DNA of 64,000 bases from Octopus vulgaris (GCA_951406725.2 OX597837.1:19716001-19780000); one strand, 5' to 3'; counted from the stretch's first letter, positions 44,398 to 58,777 are shown. The notes: generated by a model not told the origin, from the sequence alone. Numbers and translations are program-made.

Positions 44398-44460
44398 TTC
44401 AGGAGCGATAGACATCGATGTTTCGCCATTTCTGAGACTTATCAACATCATGTGCCTGAA
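44398..44460 (-). ncRNA. Type I hammerhead ribozyme, U3-A8 variant, different family
   Basis: UUCAGG..UGAUG UUGAUAA GUC-ucagaaau-GGC GAA ACAUCGAUGU C UAUCG..CCUGAA. Confidence 0.72.
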
Positions 44461-44826
44461 CCAAATCGGAAGTGAATTGAATGTATTTGTATGTATTTCA
44501 TGTTACGCTAAGAAGTGCTGCGCGGTACCAGAATGCTCGAGTTGAGTCAAATAAAACAGTATTCAAAATCATTGTTAGCGTATCCACATAAGTGGCGTCT
44601 AGACCGGTTAATTTCTACTGGCATCGAGTCGTATAAGCTGTAATGGTGACGTCAAACTAAATACTGATATTTTGATTGAACCATTTCCAGCAATATATTC
44701 ATATTTTGAATTGCTACAACTGAGGAAGATTTTGCGTATTTTCCTTTATATATTACGGAAACCAGAAATGTATATACCAAATGATTTCAAAATATCTCTA
44801 TTTTGGTTTGACTTCATTATTACAAC

Positions 44827-44907
<81 letters not shown>

Positions 44908-45005
44908 AATATACCGGAGGAAGCACATAAATGGAGGTAGAGTAATATGCTTTATCTAAAGCATCAGAAATATCACGAAGTTGTTCTCGTTCGTCGGACA
45001 GTTTC

Positions 45006-45044
45006 GTCCGACGAGCGGGAACGTGAAACTCTGAGTAACAGTTT
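45006..45044 (+). ncRNA. Hammerhead-like motif with U4C core; 5' stem I strand displaced to an adjacent inverted copy
   Basis: GU CCGACGA GCG-ggaa-CGU GAA ACUCuGAGU A ACAGUUU; minus strand 44983-45004 reads AAACUGU CCGACGA ACGAGAAC. Confidence 0.55.
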
Positions 45045-45089
45045 TGTAATATTTTTCTGCTGCTTTTATATAAGCTACATATATATATG

Positions 45090-45123
<34 letters not shown>

Positions 45124-45171
45124 TGTATGTATGTATGTATGTATGTATGTATCTATGTATGTATGTATGTG

Positions 45172-45208
<37 letters not shown>

Positions 45209-45220
45209 ACATGTATATAC

Positions 45221-45288
<68 letters not shown>

Positions 45289-45907
45289 ATATGTATATCT
45301 GTGAAGTTGTACAAAGAGATGAATGCAAACCGTGATTATTTTAAATTAATGTTTCCTAATACAGAATGGTAGCCATCTCAATAATGTATGTGTGCGTTTA
45401 TGAACTAATAGTTGTTACTGAGTGTAGTTTGTTTTACGTTAAACAAAGAGATATATTGTTGAGTTGATTGAGACTAAATTAATTGAGAATATTTAAAGAA
45501 AAATAAATTAAGAGTAACAACAGGTGGTGAAATTTAGAAACGCTATGTCGACAACAACTGGGTCTAAGCAGATGTCTTTGTTTTGATGGACGTGTGAATG
45601 TATGAAATGTAATTCTTGGACATGGATTTACATAAAACGGCGAATTAGTTACAATTGGGAACATCTGTTAATACGTGTGTAATCGATACGACTGGTGTGG
45701 ATAATCCTAATTCTTTTAAGGATTAGGATTATATGTTTTATCAAAACAAAAGAAAAAAATGTGAGACATTCAGATGTACAAATAGATGATCATTGTATAT
45801 TGATGGTATCAGCTCTCATCCACACACCAGCTTATACACGCGCGCACCGTCCGCCGTACACACACGCATAGCTGATACACACTATCTTTGACTCCCTGTG
45901 TCTCTCC

Positions 45908-45981
45908 ATTCGGCTTCTTGTGCCCGATGAGCTAGGTTTCTGAAAGAACCTGACGAAACTTTAACTCACATGGCGCCGAAT
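45908..45981 (+). ncRNA. Degenerate type I hammerhead-like motif (U4C)
   Basis: AUUCGGC..UGUGC CCGAUGA GcUAGGUUuC-ugaaa-GAACCUGaC GAAA..UCACA..GCCGAAU. Confidence 0.45.
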
Positions 45982-46292
45982 CAAACTGTTTTAAATAATA
46001 ACATATGGTACTCTTCCTAAATGTGTCGACTACCACTTTCTTCTGTTGGTGCATTCACTCGTAAAGCTAGTAACATGTCCAGGAATCCGATAGGGGGCAA
46101 TACTGAACAGTTACGGTGATTTTTACACTTTTTACCATAAAAGAGAATTTTTTGCCTCCATGGTAACTGAAGAGAATTTGGTTTTAGAAGTTAAAATAAG
46201 TCACAAACATATTTTGACTAACCAAAACTTCGCTTATGACTTAACACTGCTTGGTGCTGATACTGCTGTAATACATATATAATATACATACA

Positions 46293-46328
<36 letters not shown>

Positions 46329-46330
46329 TA

Positions 46331-46543
46331 TTACTCTTTTTACTCTTTTACTTGTTTCAGTCATTTGACTGCGGCCATGCTGGAGCACCGCCTTTAGTCG
46401 AGCAAATCGACCCCAGGACTTATTCTTTGTAAGCCCAGTACTTATTCTATCGGTCTCTTTTGCCCAACCGCTAATTGACGGGGACGTAAACACACCAGCA
46501 TCGGTTGTCAAGCAATGCTAGGGGGACAAACACAGACACACAA

Positions 46544-46624
<81 letters not shown>

Positions 46625-46756
46625 TACGACAGGCTTCTTTCAGTTTCCGTCTACCAAATCCACTCACAAGGCATTGGTCGGCCCGGGGCTATAGCAGAAG
46701 ACACTTGCCCAAGATGCCACGCAGTGGGACTGAACCCGGAACCATGTGGTTGGTAA
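46331..46756 (-). mobile_element. SINE family A, well-preserved copy
   Basis: Head ttaccaaccacatggttccgggttcagtcccactgc; internal TA/CA array; tail gactgaaacaagtaaaagagtaaaaagagta. Confidence 0.9.
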
Positions 46757-46929
46757 TAAAATTATCTTGTTCCTCCTTGTTTCTCTCCTTTTTTTTCTGT
46801 GTCCCTTTGTGTAGAAGAGCGCAGGCTCGAAACGTAGAAGACTTTTTCTAGTCCTGAGCGTTATACTAATACATCTGTTTGTTTTGTACACCACCTGTCT
46901 TCGTCTTTTGTTTTTTTTTTGTAAACTCT

Positions 46930-46985
<56 letters not shown>

Positions 46986-47027
46986 TCGTGTATTTGTTAC
47001 AGTCATTTGACCACAGCCCTGCTGGAG

Positions 47028-47058
<31 letters not shown>

Positions 47059-47069
47059 AGACACAGAAT

Positions 47070-47735
47070 CCGGGAAACCGGCCTTATAAGGCTATTGCTC
47101 GGGAAGAAATTTCATCTTCTTTCGATATACAGATGTGTGAATGTTGTCAATGAAGTTGATACATGCATCACCTGCGAGATTTGAACGGTTTATGAACGCC
47201 ACGCCAAAAAGCTAAACCGCCACCACACGAATCGTGTGAGAAAGCCATTACAAATTACCTGCCAAAATAAGATCCCAGACACGGAGGTTTTCTCTCAGGC
47301 TGATCAGCCAAGCATTTACACATTGCTGAGGTAAGGTCAAGTCAACTGTTTACAACGAACTTGAGGAAGGCTAGCGAACGCAAGGTGGATAGAAACAGCG
47401 CTTCATGGATACACCCAAAGTATACTGAAGAGCTTTATGATCAACCCCCAACACCTGGGAAACGCAAGCATAAAAACTATCTCGCTTGGTGAAGGTGTGC
47501 CAGCAGAGATGCCATCTCCTAAGTACAAACCAGGATTGCAGGAGCGCAAAGAAAATACGAAAAGCGCAAGTCAAGAGCCTCGTCTTCAGTCTCCGCAGAC
47601 CACCATCGCTTGACCGCGAGGGAGCCTTCCGAGCAACGCATCGGACAGATCGGTCACAGCCGGACACACCTTGCCTCGATCTCTTCCTCCATGATATCCT
47701 TGGTCATCGTCGACAACGACGGACGAACTAATAAT
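47070..47735 (+). mobile_element. Decayed 3' end of an RTE-clade LINE
   Basis: Patches QNKIPDTEV, LKSFMINPNTWETQA and AFRA..IGQIGHSRTH; 3' end tggtcatcgtcgacaacgacggacgaac followed by taataat. Confidence 0.68.
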
Positions 47736-47930
47736 ATGCACATACTATAAATTTAGCGAGTGATCAACTGACAACAACAATCTTATGTTGCACACCTGAC
47801 TATTCAATGGTTTCTGTTTGCGTGTATCTGTGCTGAGATGCGCTTAAATTTATTACGTATACGCGTGTATACCTACATACACACATATATACATACATGA
47901 ACACACACACACACATATATATATATAAGT

Positions 47931-47964
<34 letters not shown>

Positions 47965-48114
47965 ATATGTATATATATATATATATATATATTTATATGG
48001 ATATATATATATATGTACGTATTTGTTTATATAAATACACATGTATATGTGTGTTTGCATATATGTTCATAAATGTAAATTTGTGTATCTAACTATATAC
48101 ATATATATACATAC

Positions 48115-48162
<48 letters not shown>

Positions 48163-48318
48163 AGAGAGAGAGAGAGAGTGAGTGAGAGAGAGAGATACAT
48201 ATATATATATATATGTGTGTGTATATATATATAGACTATGTATATATGTGTATATATATAGGCTATGCACAGACATACACACGCACAACTTTGTGTATGT
48301 GTATACATGTGTGTGTGC

Positions 48319-48369
<51 letters not shown>

Positions 48370-49044
48370 CGGGCGTACGTGCTCGCGCGCGCATTCAGAT
48401 CTGTTCTCACACGAAATCCGGTGAAATTGCTCAGCAGCCCCTGTCGCAAAACTATAAGCAGAAAGACGGAAGACGGAAAACTGAAGACCTAAGCGTTGCT
48501 ACCTTTAGCTGAGAGCAACACCTGTCTTCTATGGTTCAGTGAACAGGAATCCAAATTGGTCTGTGATTCCATTACGTGCCAATTCCCCTCGTTGATCTGT
48601 CTCCAATATAGCGTAGCATGCTGATTATTTTCATGGTCGAAGCACAGATAGATAGTCGATGCCTCGTCCACCTTACGGCACTGAACTTACTCAATCAGAT
48701 TCTCTCCCCCTCACCCTTTACTGCCTCTTTTCCTTCTTTTCCCCAGTTCTTTTGTGTTGTTGTTGTCGAAAGGCTGTGTGTGTATGTGTGTGCGGACATG
48801 TGTTAAAGTATATGCGTTTGTGTCACTGAATTTGGAAATGGGGTGCAGGATTTTTATGGGATATCTTGCGATGAGCACCTGTGGTGGTGGTGGTTTTGGC
48901 GACGGCGGCAGCGACAGTGGCGGTGGAGATGGTGGTGGTGGCGGTGGTGATGGTGGTGGTGGTGGTGGTGGTGGTGGTAGCCATGATGGAGTAGTAATGG
49001 CGTTCACAGTGGTACTGTTCGTGAATTTAAAGAGAAATAAGTAG

Positions 49045-49076
<32 letters not shown>

Positions 49077-49191
49077 GAGGGAGAGAGAAAAGGGAGGAGG
49101 GAAAGAAGATGACAGTATTGCGGCTGTGATGGGTATTGATATGTGTGCATATGTGAGTGTGTATGTATATATGTACGTATGTGTGTGTGTG

Positions 49192-49239
<48 letters not shown>

Positions 49240-49306
49240 TTATCATTCAGAAATCTCTTGAATGAAACAGTTCTTCTATAAACTCCTTCTATATAATAAA
49301 TTAATT

Positions 49307-49507
<201 letters not shown>

Positions 49508-49521
49508 GATATAGATATATA

Positions 49522-49960
49522 TCTATATATATAAAACTGAGAATGTGTGTCTCTCTGTCTGTGTGAATCCCTAAAACTTGAGAACTACACAACCAATTTC
49601 ATTCGAATTTTACACTTGCCTTACTTAGAGTCCATGTAGTGTCATGGGCAAAAGATTTTTTTAACATTTTGCCTAGTGCGAGTTCATAGCAATGTCATAT
49701 CTTCTCCACTATTTCAGTATTACATGTCAAAAGTGAAATAAAAACATCTCCCTATTGTAATGTTACATGCTTTCACTTTAATACAGAAACCATTAAAGTG
49801 AAACTATTATATAACAGGGATGAACTGTAACTCGACATCCATCCATTATGCTAGAAGAAGATCCGCTATGGTCTCATATGCTACACCACTCACTGGTTTT
49901 ACATTCATATTAATCAAATTGATATTCAATTTTTCACCCTTATTATTTAATATTTAAATT
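49522..49960 (+). mobile_element. 5' part of a non-autonomous Helitron-like element
   Basis: A|TCTATATATATAAAA start followed by gtgtgtct.. and accaatttcattcgaatttt, the same organisation as the 5' end of the 13614-13996 element; no 3' CTAG seen. Confidence 0.5.
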
Positions 49961-50010
<50 letters not shown>

Positions 50011-50089
50011 TTAATACATATAGATGTATATGTATACATGTATGTATCTTTGTGTGTGTATATATATCTATATATCTATATATCTATCT

Positions 50090-50155
<66 letters not shown>

Positions 50156-50435
50156 AATTCGTAGACAAGAACTGAAACAAATCAATCGTATATATTTATG
50201 TATGTATGTATATATGTAAGTGTATGTGTGTGTCTTTGTCTCTTTGTTTCGCTTTCATCACTGCTTCACAACTGCTGTTCATTTATTTAAATCCCCATAA
50301 TTTACTGGTTTCACAAGAACAAACTAATAGAATAAGTACCAGGCTTATCAAAATGAAAAAAGCACTAGGCTGTGTCTCATATTTTTGTTTGCCCACTCAG
50401 TTGTATCTATCAATTTATCTTTGTATGTGTGTGTG

Positions 50436-50562
<127 letters not shown>

Positions 50563-52566
50563 CTCCCAAATTTTAGTAATTTCTTTTATGATCCAAAACT
50601 AAGTCAAAAGTACTGAATGGATCTTTATGAAATTTGGAAATTATATACTATGCATAAGGGCCATAATTCGCATGCCACTTCATATATTTTTGCTGGTGAT
50701 GAAATTTTAACCATAGATATTAGACACACATGAAATAATATTTATGAAATTCCATCTTCTTACAAGTTAGAAAGACCCCTCCATGGGGACTTAACACCCA
50801 CAATTTTGTCATTTTATCTAAGCAAAGACGAATATAGTTGTACTCTTGGAAGCTGTAGGGTTACCCGAGCATAAAAGATGAGCATTATTTGTAATTCAAT
50901 GGTACAACAGTGTAACAGTTTGCTTTGACATACACTTACATTGTGATTTCTGCAATGTGGTGCATAAATTGTCAAGTAAATGAGAAGCATCTTTGCCTCC
51001 ACTGATTCATTTGCAAAGTGTTGAGTAAAGTTATTTGTTTGCAGACCTCCTTTCAGTCTTTTTATTATCACTGGGTCACACATAGTCCCCAGATGGTAAC
51101 ATTGATTTCAAGGCCTTCCCAGATGAGTGACTGGTTATTCAAAGACATTTATAGATTGTAAATTTATTCTGTCCAGTTACGTATCAGTATAGTGGTCATT
51201 TGCAAACTCCACAGGTGACTCTTTTATTTCTCCTTAGCCCTCACGTCACACAGTTGTTGATGTTTATTTCAGTTGGGTCAAGCCCTTCCAGTTGCTATAG
51301 TTTCATAATACATCTTACGTCTGTGCCTGTCACCTGCATGGTGAGGAATCCTACATTGGGAATGGCAACGACTAGGGTAGGGTAGCTGACAGCTTATTGT
51401 TTTCATTCGTCTTTTGGTTTCCTGTAGCTTTGTTCTCTTTTACAAACCCAGTCAACATATATTTCCTATTTCAAGGAAATTCAAACCATAGATATAAGAC
51501 CCAAGTTTAAAAGATTCTCAACAATTCAACTTCTCTGTTTGACATTAAGACACCAACCCCCAACAGGGGCCTTAACTCTCACATTTTAGAGCTCCATGAC
51601 CTTCATTTTTCAGGAGCAAAATCCTTTTAACAGGTTCTATAAGACTGGAATTTTGAAATATGCGCATAAAAATCAATAGTATGGGATACATGTGGCACAA
51701 TTACAATTTTTTAGGGTGTGTAAAGAGGGAAATAACCCTCAGCTGCAATTTTGATGAAATTCGAAGCATAGATATTCCAGTTCATTACAGAAAATATAAC
51801 AAAAAAGTCTAATTCTTCAATTGCATGTAAAACTGGCAACGCCGGGTATCTCTGCTAGTATATATATAATTCTCTCTTATTCTTATATAGTGACTTCGAA
51901 GTTTCGGCCAGCTAAGCCTTCGTCGGACTGTATATGTATATGTATACTTACGCGCGCGCGCACACACACACACATAAATGGGAGTGGTGATGGTGGTGGT
52001 GGTGTATGGAATCAAGAGAGGAATTGGTGACAGAGGGGAAGGAGCAAGTAAGTGGATGATGGTGCCACCAGGAAAGGAAAAAAAGGGGTGCGTATGAAGA
52101 AATAGCTGTTGATTGGTTATATGGATTGATGTATAGGTGCAGTGTAATGATACGAGACACAAAGGGATCGGTAGGTAGGAACATGTACTCTAAGTTGGGA
52201 AGAAAGTATTAAGAAATATACAGGAACAGACAGAAAGATACAGGGAGGGTGAGACAGACGGAATGAGAGGCAGAGTGAAGAAAAAAGAAAAAGGAAGAAA
52301 AATAACACGGTTTTAAAATGTAGGAAGAAAACAATATGTTGAAGGTAGCAACACGGAAAACAGAATAAGCATGCATAAATTTGAAGCTGAATAAAAGCTA
52401 AGAATGTAGAAATGTCTTTGGTGATTCGAACTTCAGCTCTTCTTCAGAAAATTGGATAGAAGGAAATGTATAAAGGAAAGCAACCCTTCTATCTGTCTCA
52501 TTCACTCACCATCTCTCTCTTTCCATATACATATGCATGGGTGTGCGTGCGCGGTCCTCTGTTTGG

Positions 52567-52607
<41 letters not shown>

Positions 52608-52680
52608 TATGTGTGTATGTTTGTATGTCTGTCTGTATGTATGTAAGTATATACCTCTCTCACTCTTTCTTTCACTCTCA

Positions 52681-52724
<44 letters not shown>

Positions 52725-52799
52725 GTATGTGTGTGTGTGTGTGTGTCTGTGTGTGCGTGTATGTATGTTTATCGTCACCATTATCAGATCCCTTTACTA

Positions 52800-53225
52800 G
52801 TGCAGCCAGTTATTAGGGATGCCACTGGTCTCTGTTCTCTATCTGCCTCTCTTTCGCCCTCCCTCAACTGTGCCCTGAAGAATGGTTTCGGGCAGGGATA
52901 CATGACCGTACCAGGCAAGTTTGCGTCGTTTTCCTTGCGCCAGGAGAGGATCTTGTCTGCCAGCGTATTTGCTGACCTGCTGCCCGATGAAGCTGCTCGT
53001 TTTGTGCTCTGCATGCCGGATATGTAATACCTTTCTAAAGCACTTATTTTCAAATGTTTGGATTCTTCGCTCAATGTCAGCTGTAAGAGTCCAGTTCTCC
53101 CACCCATACAGAAGGATCGAAGTCACCAGAGACTTATACACGCTGAGTCTTGTTGGAAAACTAATGGAATTGTTTTTCCATATGTTGTTCATCTTCGTCA
53201 GGCAGCAGAGACTAAACTGAATCTT
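52800..53225 (-). mobile_element. RTE (BovB-like) LINE fragment, C-terminal to RT
   Basis: YKSLVTSILLYGWENWTL..RIQTFENKCFRKVL..RRKLAWYGHV..ILQGTVEGGRKRGR. Confidence 0.88.
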
Positions 53226-53534
53226 ATTGTTATCTGTTTTTGAGATTAGTATTAGACTACGAGCTACTTTTAGTTTCGTGCTTTGGAAGCTCAATAAACC
53301 GGCAGATTTATATATCATGACTTGTGCCTCTAAGCAAGAAAGAAGGCAGCTCCAACAGTTAGTGCTGTGGTACACATTTCCGATTGAGTAGACAAGAACA
53401 TTGCGAAATAAAGAGTGTTGCTCGAGGCCACCAAACAGCGCCCTATCTAAGAATTGGACCGACGATCGTATAAGACTCAGCCAAACACTGCAGAACTAGA
53501 CTAGACACATTTATCTATATTTTATCGTTTCTAT

Positions 53535-53714
53535 TTTACTTGTTTCAATCGTTAGACTGCGGCCGTTCTGGGGCACCGACTTGAAGAAATTTTAGTCGAA
53601 TAAATCGACCCTAGTACTTATTTTGATAAACTAGAGACTCGCACCAACACACCATCAGCTGACAAGCGGTGGGGGTGGGGGACAAACACAGACACAAAGA
53701 CACACACACACACT

Positions 53715-53756
<42 letters not shown>
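53535..53756 (-). mobile_element. SINE family A 3' half (another 3' fragment at 54065-54170)
   Basis: ttttacttgtttca..gactgcggcc..aaatcgaccctagtactta..gggacaaacacagac. Confidence 0.75.
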
Positions 53757-54048
53757 CAGGGTGAGGCAAAAGTCGTGCATCATAGGGATAATTTATTAAA
53801 AGTATATTTACACATGAAAATTTTATTCGTTAGTTATTTAATTGTTATATGTACTGTTCAAAATGGCTGACTTCCTTGTCATAAGACATTTCAATTCTGC
53901 GATTGCACGTTTTAGTAACAAGTCGGAGAGCCTCCTCTGTGATTTTACTGCATTTATTTTCAATTCCATCTTTAAGTTTCACGATATTTCTAGGGAGCGT
54001 CTGGTAAACGACTGATTTCAAATGGCCCCACAGATAAATACCCAAAGA
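53757..54048 (-). mobile_element. 3' end of a Tc1/mariner-superfamily element (rosa/DD41D-like)
   Basis: TA + CAGGGTG terminus; YLWGHLKSVVYQTLPRNIVKLKDGIENKCSKI..SHFEQYI*. Confidence 0.75.
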
Positions 54049-54168
54049 TCTAAGCTCTTTTATATTCTTTAATTCTTTTACTTGTTTCAGTCATTAGGCA
54101 GCGGCCATGCTGGAGCACCGCTTTTAGTCGAACAAATTGACCCTAGGACTTATTCTTTGTAAGCCTAC

Positions 54169-54289
<121 letters not shown>

Positions 54290-54360
54290 CAGTGATTCCA
54301 TCTGTGCGATTGGATATATACAGTTAATTCTACAAATACACACACACACACACACACACG

Positions 54361-54392
<32 letters not shown>

Positions 54393-54690
54393 TGTATGTA
54401 TGCATGCATGCATGCATGTATGTATGTATGTATGTATGTATGTATGCATGTATGTATATATGTGTGTATATTTCATTGATCTGCATTTTCTATATAACGA
54501 TATGTAACAAAAATGATACGAGATAGAGACAAATATATATATTTCTCATTCAATGGCGTATTTAATTATTAAACACACCGCATAAAATTTCCAACCATCC
54601 ACTACAATTCCTTACACGAAAATTTCTCTTTAATTATAGCTTACATAGAATTCAGGTAAGACAATTTCTCTCCAAAACCTTCCCCCATTA

Positions 54691-54759
<69 letters not shown>

Positions 54760-55045
54760 GTATGTATGCATGTATATATGTGAAATAAATAAAAGCAGAA
54801 GTAAACAACAAACAAAATAAACAAAACACCTCCTTCAAAATTAAATTTATGAAAAGAGCATGTCAACAGTATATAACCCATTGTGAGGAATATAATGTAA
54901 ACAGAAATACTTACGTAAGTACATACATACGAATGTATATGTATGTGTTTGCATGTGAATGTCTACATGCATATAATAAATATATGTGTTTGTGTGTTTG
55001 CACACACGCACACATATATATCCATATATGTGTACAAATATGTAT

Positions 55046-55123
<78 letters not shown>

Positions 55124-55498
55124 CATATATATATACCTTTATATACATATATGTCGACTCGTATATATACATATATATGCATATGCATATAGACATGTAT
55201 ATATGTGTATCTGTGTGTGCATTTATGTATACATTTGCATAAGCGCGTATATATGTACTTGCGCATATATATATATATATATATATATTGATATTAAATA
55301 TTCTTATATATCCATAGATGCATTTAATTGTATAATATATATGTGTGTGTGTGAGTGTTTGTGTGTATGTGTGTGTGTGTATAGTCAATTATATATATAA
55401 TTAATTACATATACATACACTCCACCAGAAACACATTTACACACACGCATAGACATAAATATGTGAGCTTATACATACATACACACACATACACACAC

Positions 55499-55532
<34 letters not shown>

Positions 55533-55569
55533 GTATATGTATATGTATATATATATGTATATATATATA

Positions 55570-55615
<46 letters not shown>

Positions 55616-56081
55616 TACACATACATATGTATAGATGTGCCTCAAAATATACACAGCCAAATATATAAATAATATACATTCTAGCCATGTTTAAATATAG
55701 CTTCTTTGGATGTGGCTTAATCGTTGCCTATCGTGTCAACTACATACATACAGATATACATACAAACATATATACACAAATACAAACATGCATACATATG
55801 TGAGTGTGTGTGTGTGTTTGTGTCTGTGTGTGTTTGTGCCTGTGTTTTTGTGAGTGTTTTTGTGTGTATTTATCTGTGCTTATGTTATATGTTAGTATCT
55901 AAAAATGTAGTTCAGATTGGGGTCAGAATTTAATGATGCCAACCAAAATATTGGAAATATTTTCAACAATGGAAATTTATATTGAAAGAGGACTAATTTT
56001 CAATAGACACTACTTCGAAAAGTAAATCGTTTCGATGTCGGCAGATTACCGAAAAAAAAAACACGGACATAAAAAGAAAAG

Positions 56082-56147
<66 letters not shown>

Positions 56148-56259
56148 CAATAATAAAATAGTATGAAGGTTATTATTATGACGATAATGAATATCTTTAA
56201 TATCATCACCATCACAATTATTGTTCTTATTATCATTATTATTGTTATTATTATTATAA

Positions 56260-56300
<41 letters not shown>

Positions 56301-56418
56301 CCATCCTCATCACCATCACCACCACCATCATCATCATCACCATCATCATCATCACCACCATCACCATCATCATCATCACCATCACCACCACCACCATCAT
56401 CATCATCACCATCATCAA

Positions 56419-56450
<32 letters not shown>

Positions 56451-57055
56451 ACAACATCATCGGCGTTTTTGTTGTTGTCGTTGTAATCATTATTACTGCT
56501 GTTGTTGCTGTTACTGTTGTTGTTGTTGTTGTTATTACTATTGTTAATATTATTTATCTTGTTGCATTGTTTTGTGAAAATGCTGTAATGTCTCCAGACA
56601 GTCTCTTCAAGTGGACAATAAAAACACCAGACTTTCGTTTCGTCATAAATTTTCCATTTATAGCACACAATTGTCTCTTTCCTCCTTTCTTTCTTCCCTT
56701 CTTTCTTTCTTTCGTTCTTTCTTCCCTATCCAAAATCGTCGTCTCCGTCGTCGTCGTCATCATCATCATCATCATCATTATCATCACCACCACCACCATC
56801 ATCACCAGCATCATCATCATCAACAACTTCGCCCATCTTTTCTCCATCCCTGTGCCCCATTGTCTCCCCTTCTTTTCTCTCCTTCCTCTTCTTCCTCTTC
56901 TCCTCACCTCCACCTTTTTCGCACCATTATCTCTTCCGCGCCATTTTTACCAACAAGATTATATGAATTTCCTACTTGAAAATTTCGAATTTGTAATTAA
57001 ATCCTATACTCAACAGAGCTAAGACAAATTTCTTACGTGTACATTCTTATATATG

Positions 57056-57127
<72 letters not shown>

Positions 57128-57218
57128 GTGTGTGTGTGTGTGTGTGTGCGTAATGTGTATGTATATGTGTCTACTATATCTCTTTTTATATATATGTTTG
57201 TGTGTATATATATATATG

Positions 57219-57268
<50 letters not shown>

Positions 57269-57638
57269 AGACAAGATGGTTTTGGAATCCGAGCGTCCAA
57301 GACAACAACAAATATGAAACCTTAGAATGACTGAACATTTTTTACGAAGCCTCAGGACAATATTAAACTAAAAATACGTTTTAGTGCTTCTTTCTGTGGC
57401 TTAAGTATGGTGACTAAAGCTTTCGTTGGAGCCTATGTTTCTGCTTTACATAAAAGCGTTGTGTATTCAGATTCTCATGGCTTATAGGATACAACATCAA
57501 GAGTCAATATCGAGATGAGTCAGCTGAGAGAGTGACTACGGAAGACATCTAGAAATCTTCTATGATGCATCGGTCATAACCAAATCTAGAAAAGCGCAAT
57601 GATGAAACAATTTCCAAAAATCTCAAGCGAATATGTCA

Positions 57639-57733
<95 letters not shown>

Positions 57734-57734
57734 A

Positions 57735-57783
<49 letters not shown>

Positions 57784-58101
57784 CTATCTATCTAATTCTC
57801 TATACATGTATATATGCCATCATCCAGGTTAATTTCAAACTTCCTGCCAATAGAGAAAGAGCCGGTTACTAATCTAGATCCAAGGCTCCTTCATTGGAAT
57901 TTCAGCAACATCAACAGGGTTATTTTTGCCTGTATGTGTGTATATGTGCAGTATTTGGAGTCAATGCATGTGCAGATTTCTATATTTTGTTTTATGTAGG
58001 TATTCACATGCATATAGTTCTATGTCTAAACAAGCACAAATATAAGTGATAAACTTCTGGAAAGTTTTACAGAATTTTAGTTATATATGCATGCATGTAT
58101 G

Positions 58102-58133
<32 letters not shown>

Positions 58134-58315
58134 TGTATGTATGTATGTATGTATGTATGTATGTATGTATGTATGTATGTGTGTGTATGTATGTATGGAT
58201 GTATGTATGTACACAAACATGCAGGAAGTAAATAGAAACCTTTATTTTTCAAAATCTTTTATTTAATACGCAAGGCGAACAATTGAAATGTAATCGATCG
58301 GTAGGACTACATACT

Positions 58316-58776
58316 TTAGTATTTAGTTGACATCCCCTTTGCAGTTTTTAATTCAGAAACTCTTTTTGGCATGGAACTGATGAACCTTGTGATTGTCTCT
58401 TGTGGAATTTCTGCCCCCTTTTCACGCAACAATCAAAACAATTCATCTTTAGATTTAGGTTTCTGTCGAGATTTTCGTATAGCTCTATCTAGTATGCTCC
58501 AAAGATTTTCAATTGTGTTCATGATCCCGTTTTCAGTTAGCCATTGTTGATTCCTTTACGCCGTGTGGCTTGAGCCCCATCTTCGATGAATAAAAACTCA
58601 TTTTTCGTTAAGTTATCGGGTGAATACACCGGAAGTAATCCTTGCTTAAGTATTTCGGTTTATTTTTCAGTGTTTATGGTTCCAGCACATTCGATCAGCT
58701 CAGAAAGACCATTGCTGGTGACAACTCCCCATACCATTACAGAGATACTGCCATATTTCACAGTTGGTTGGAGTTG

Positions 58777-58777
<1 letters not shown>
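58316..58777 (-). mobile_element. Decayed Tc1 (DD34E-type) transposase C-terminal fragment
   Basis: [58 protein letters not shown]. Confidence 0.82.

Noticed and set aside
50980-51790. Possible ancient APE endonuclease fragment on the minus strand
   Set aside because: Only a GVGVLM-like patch; insufficient support.
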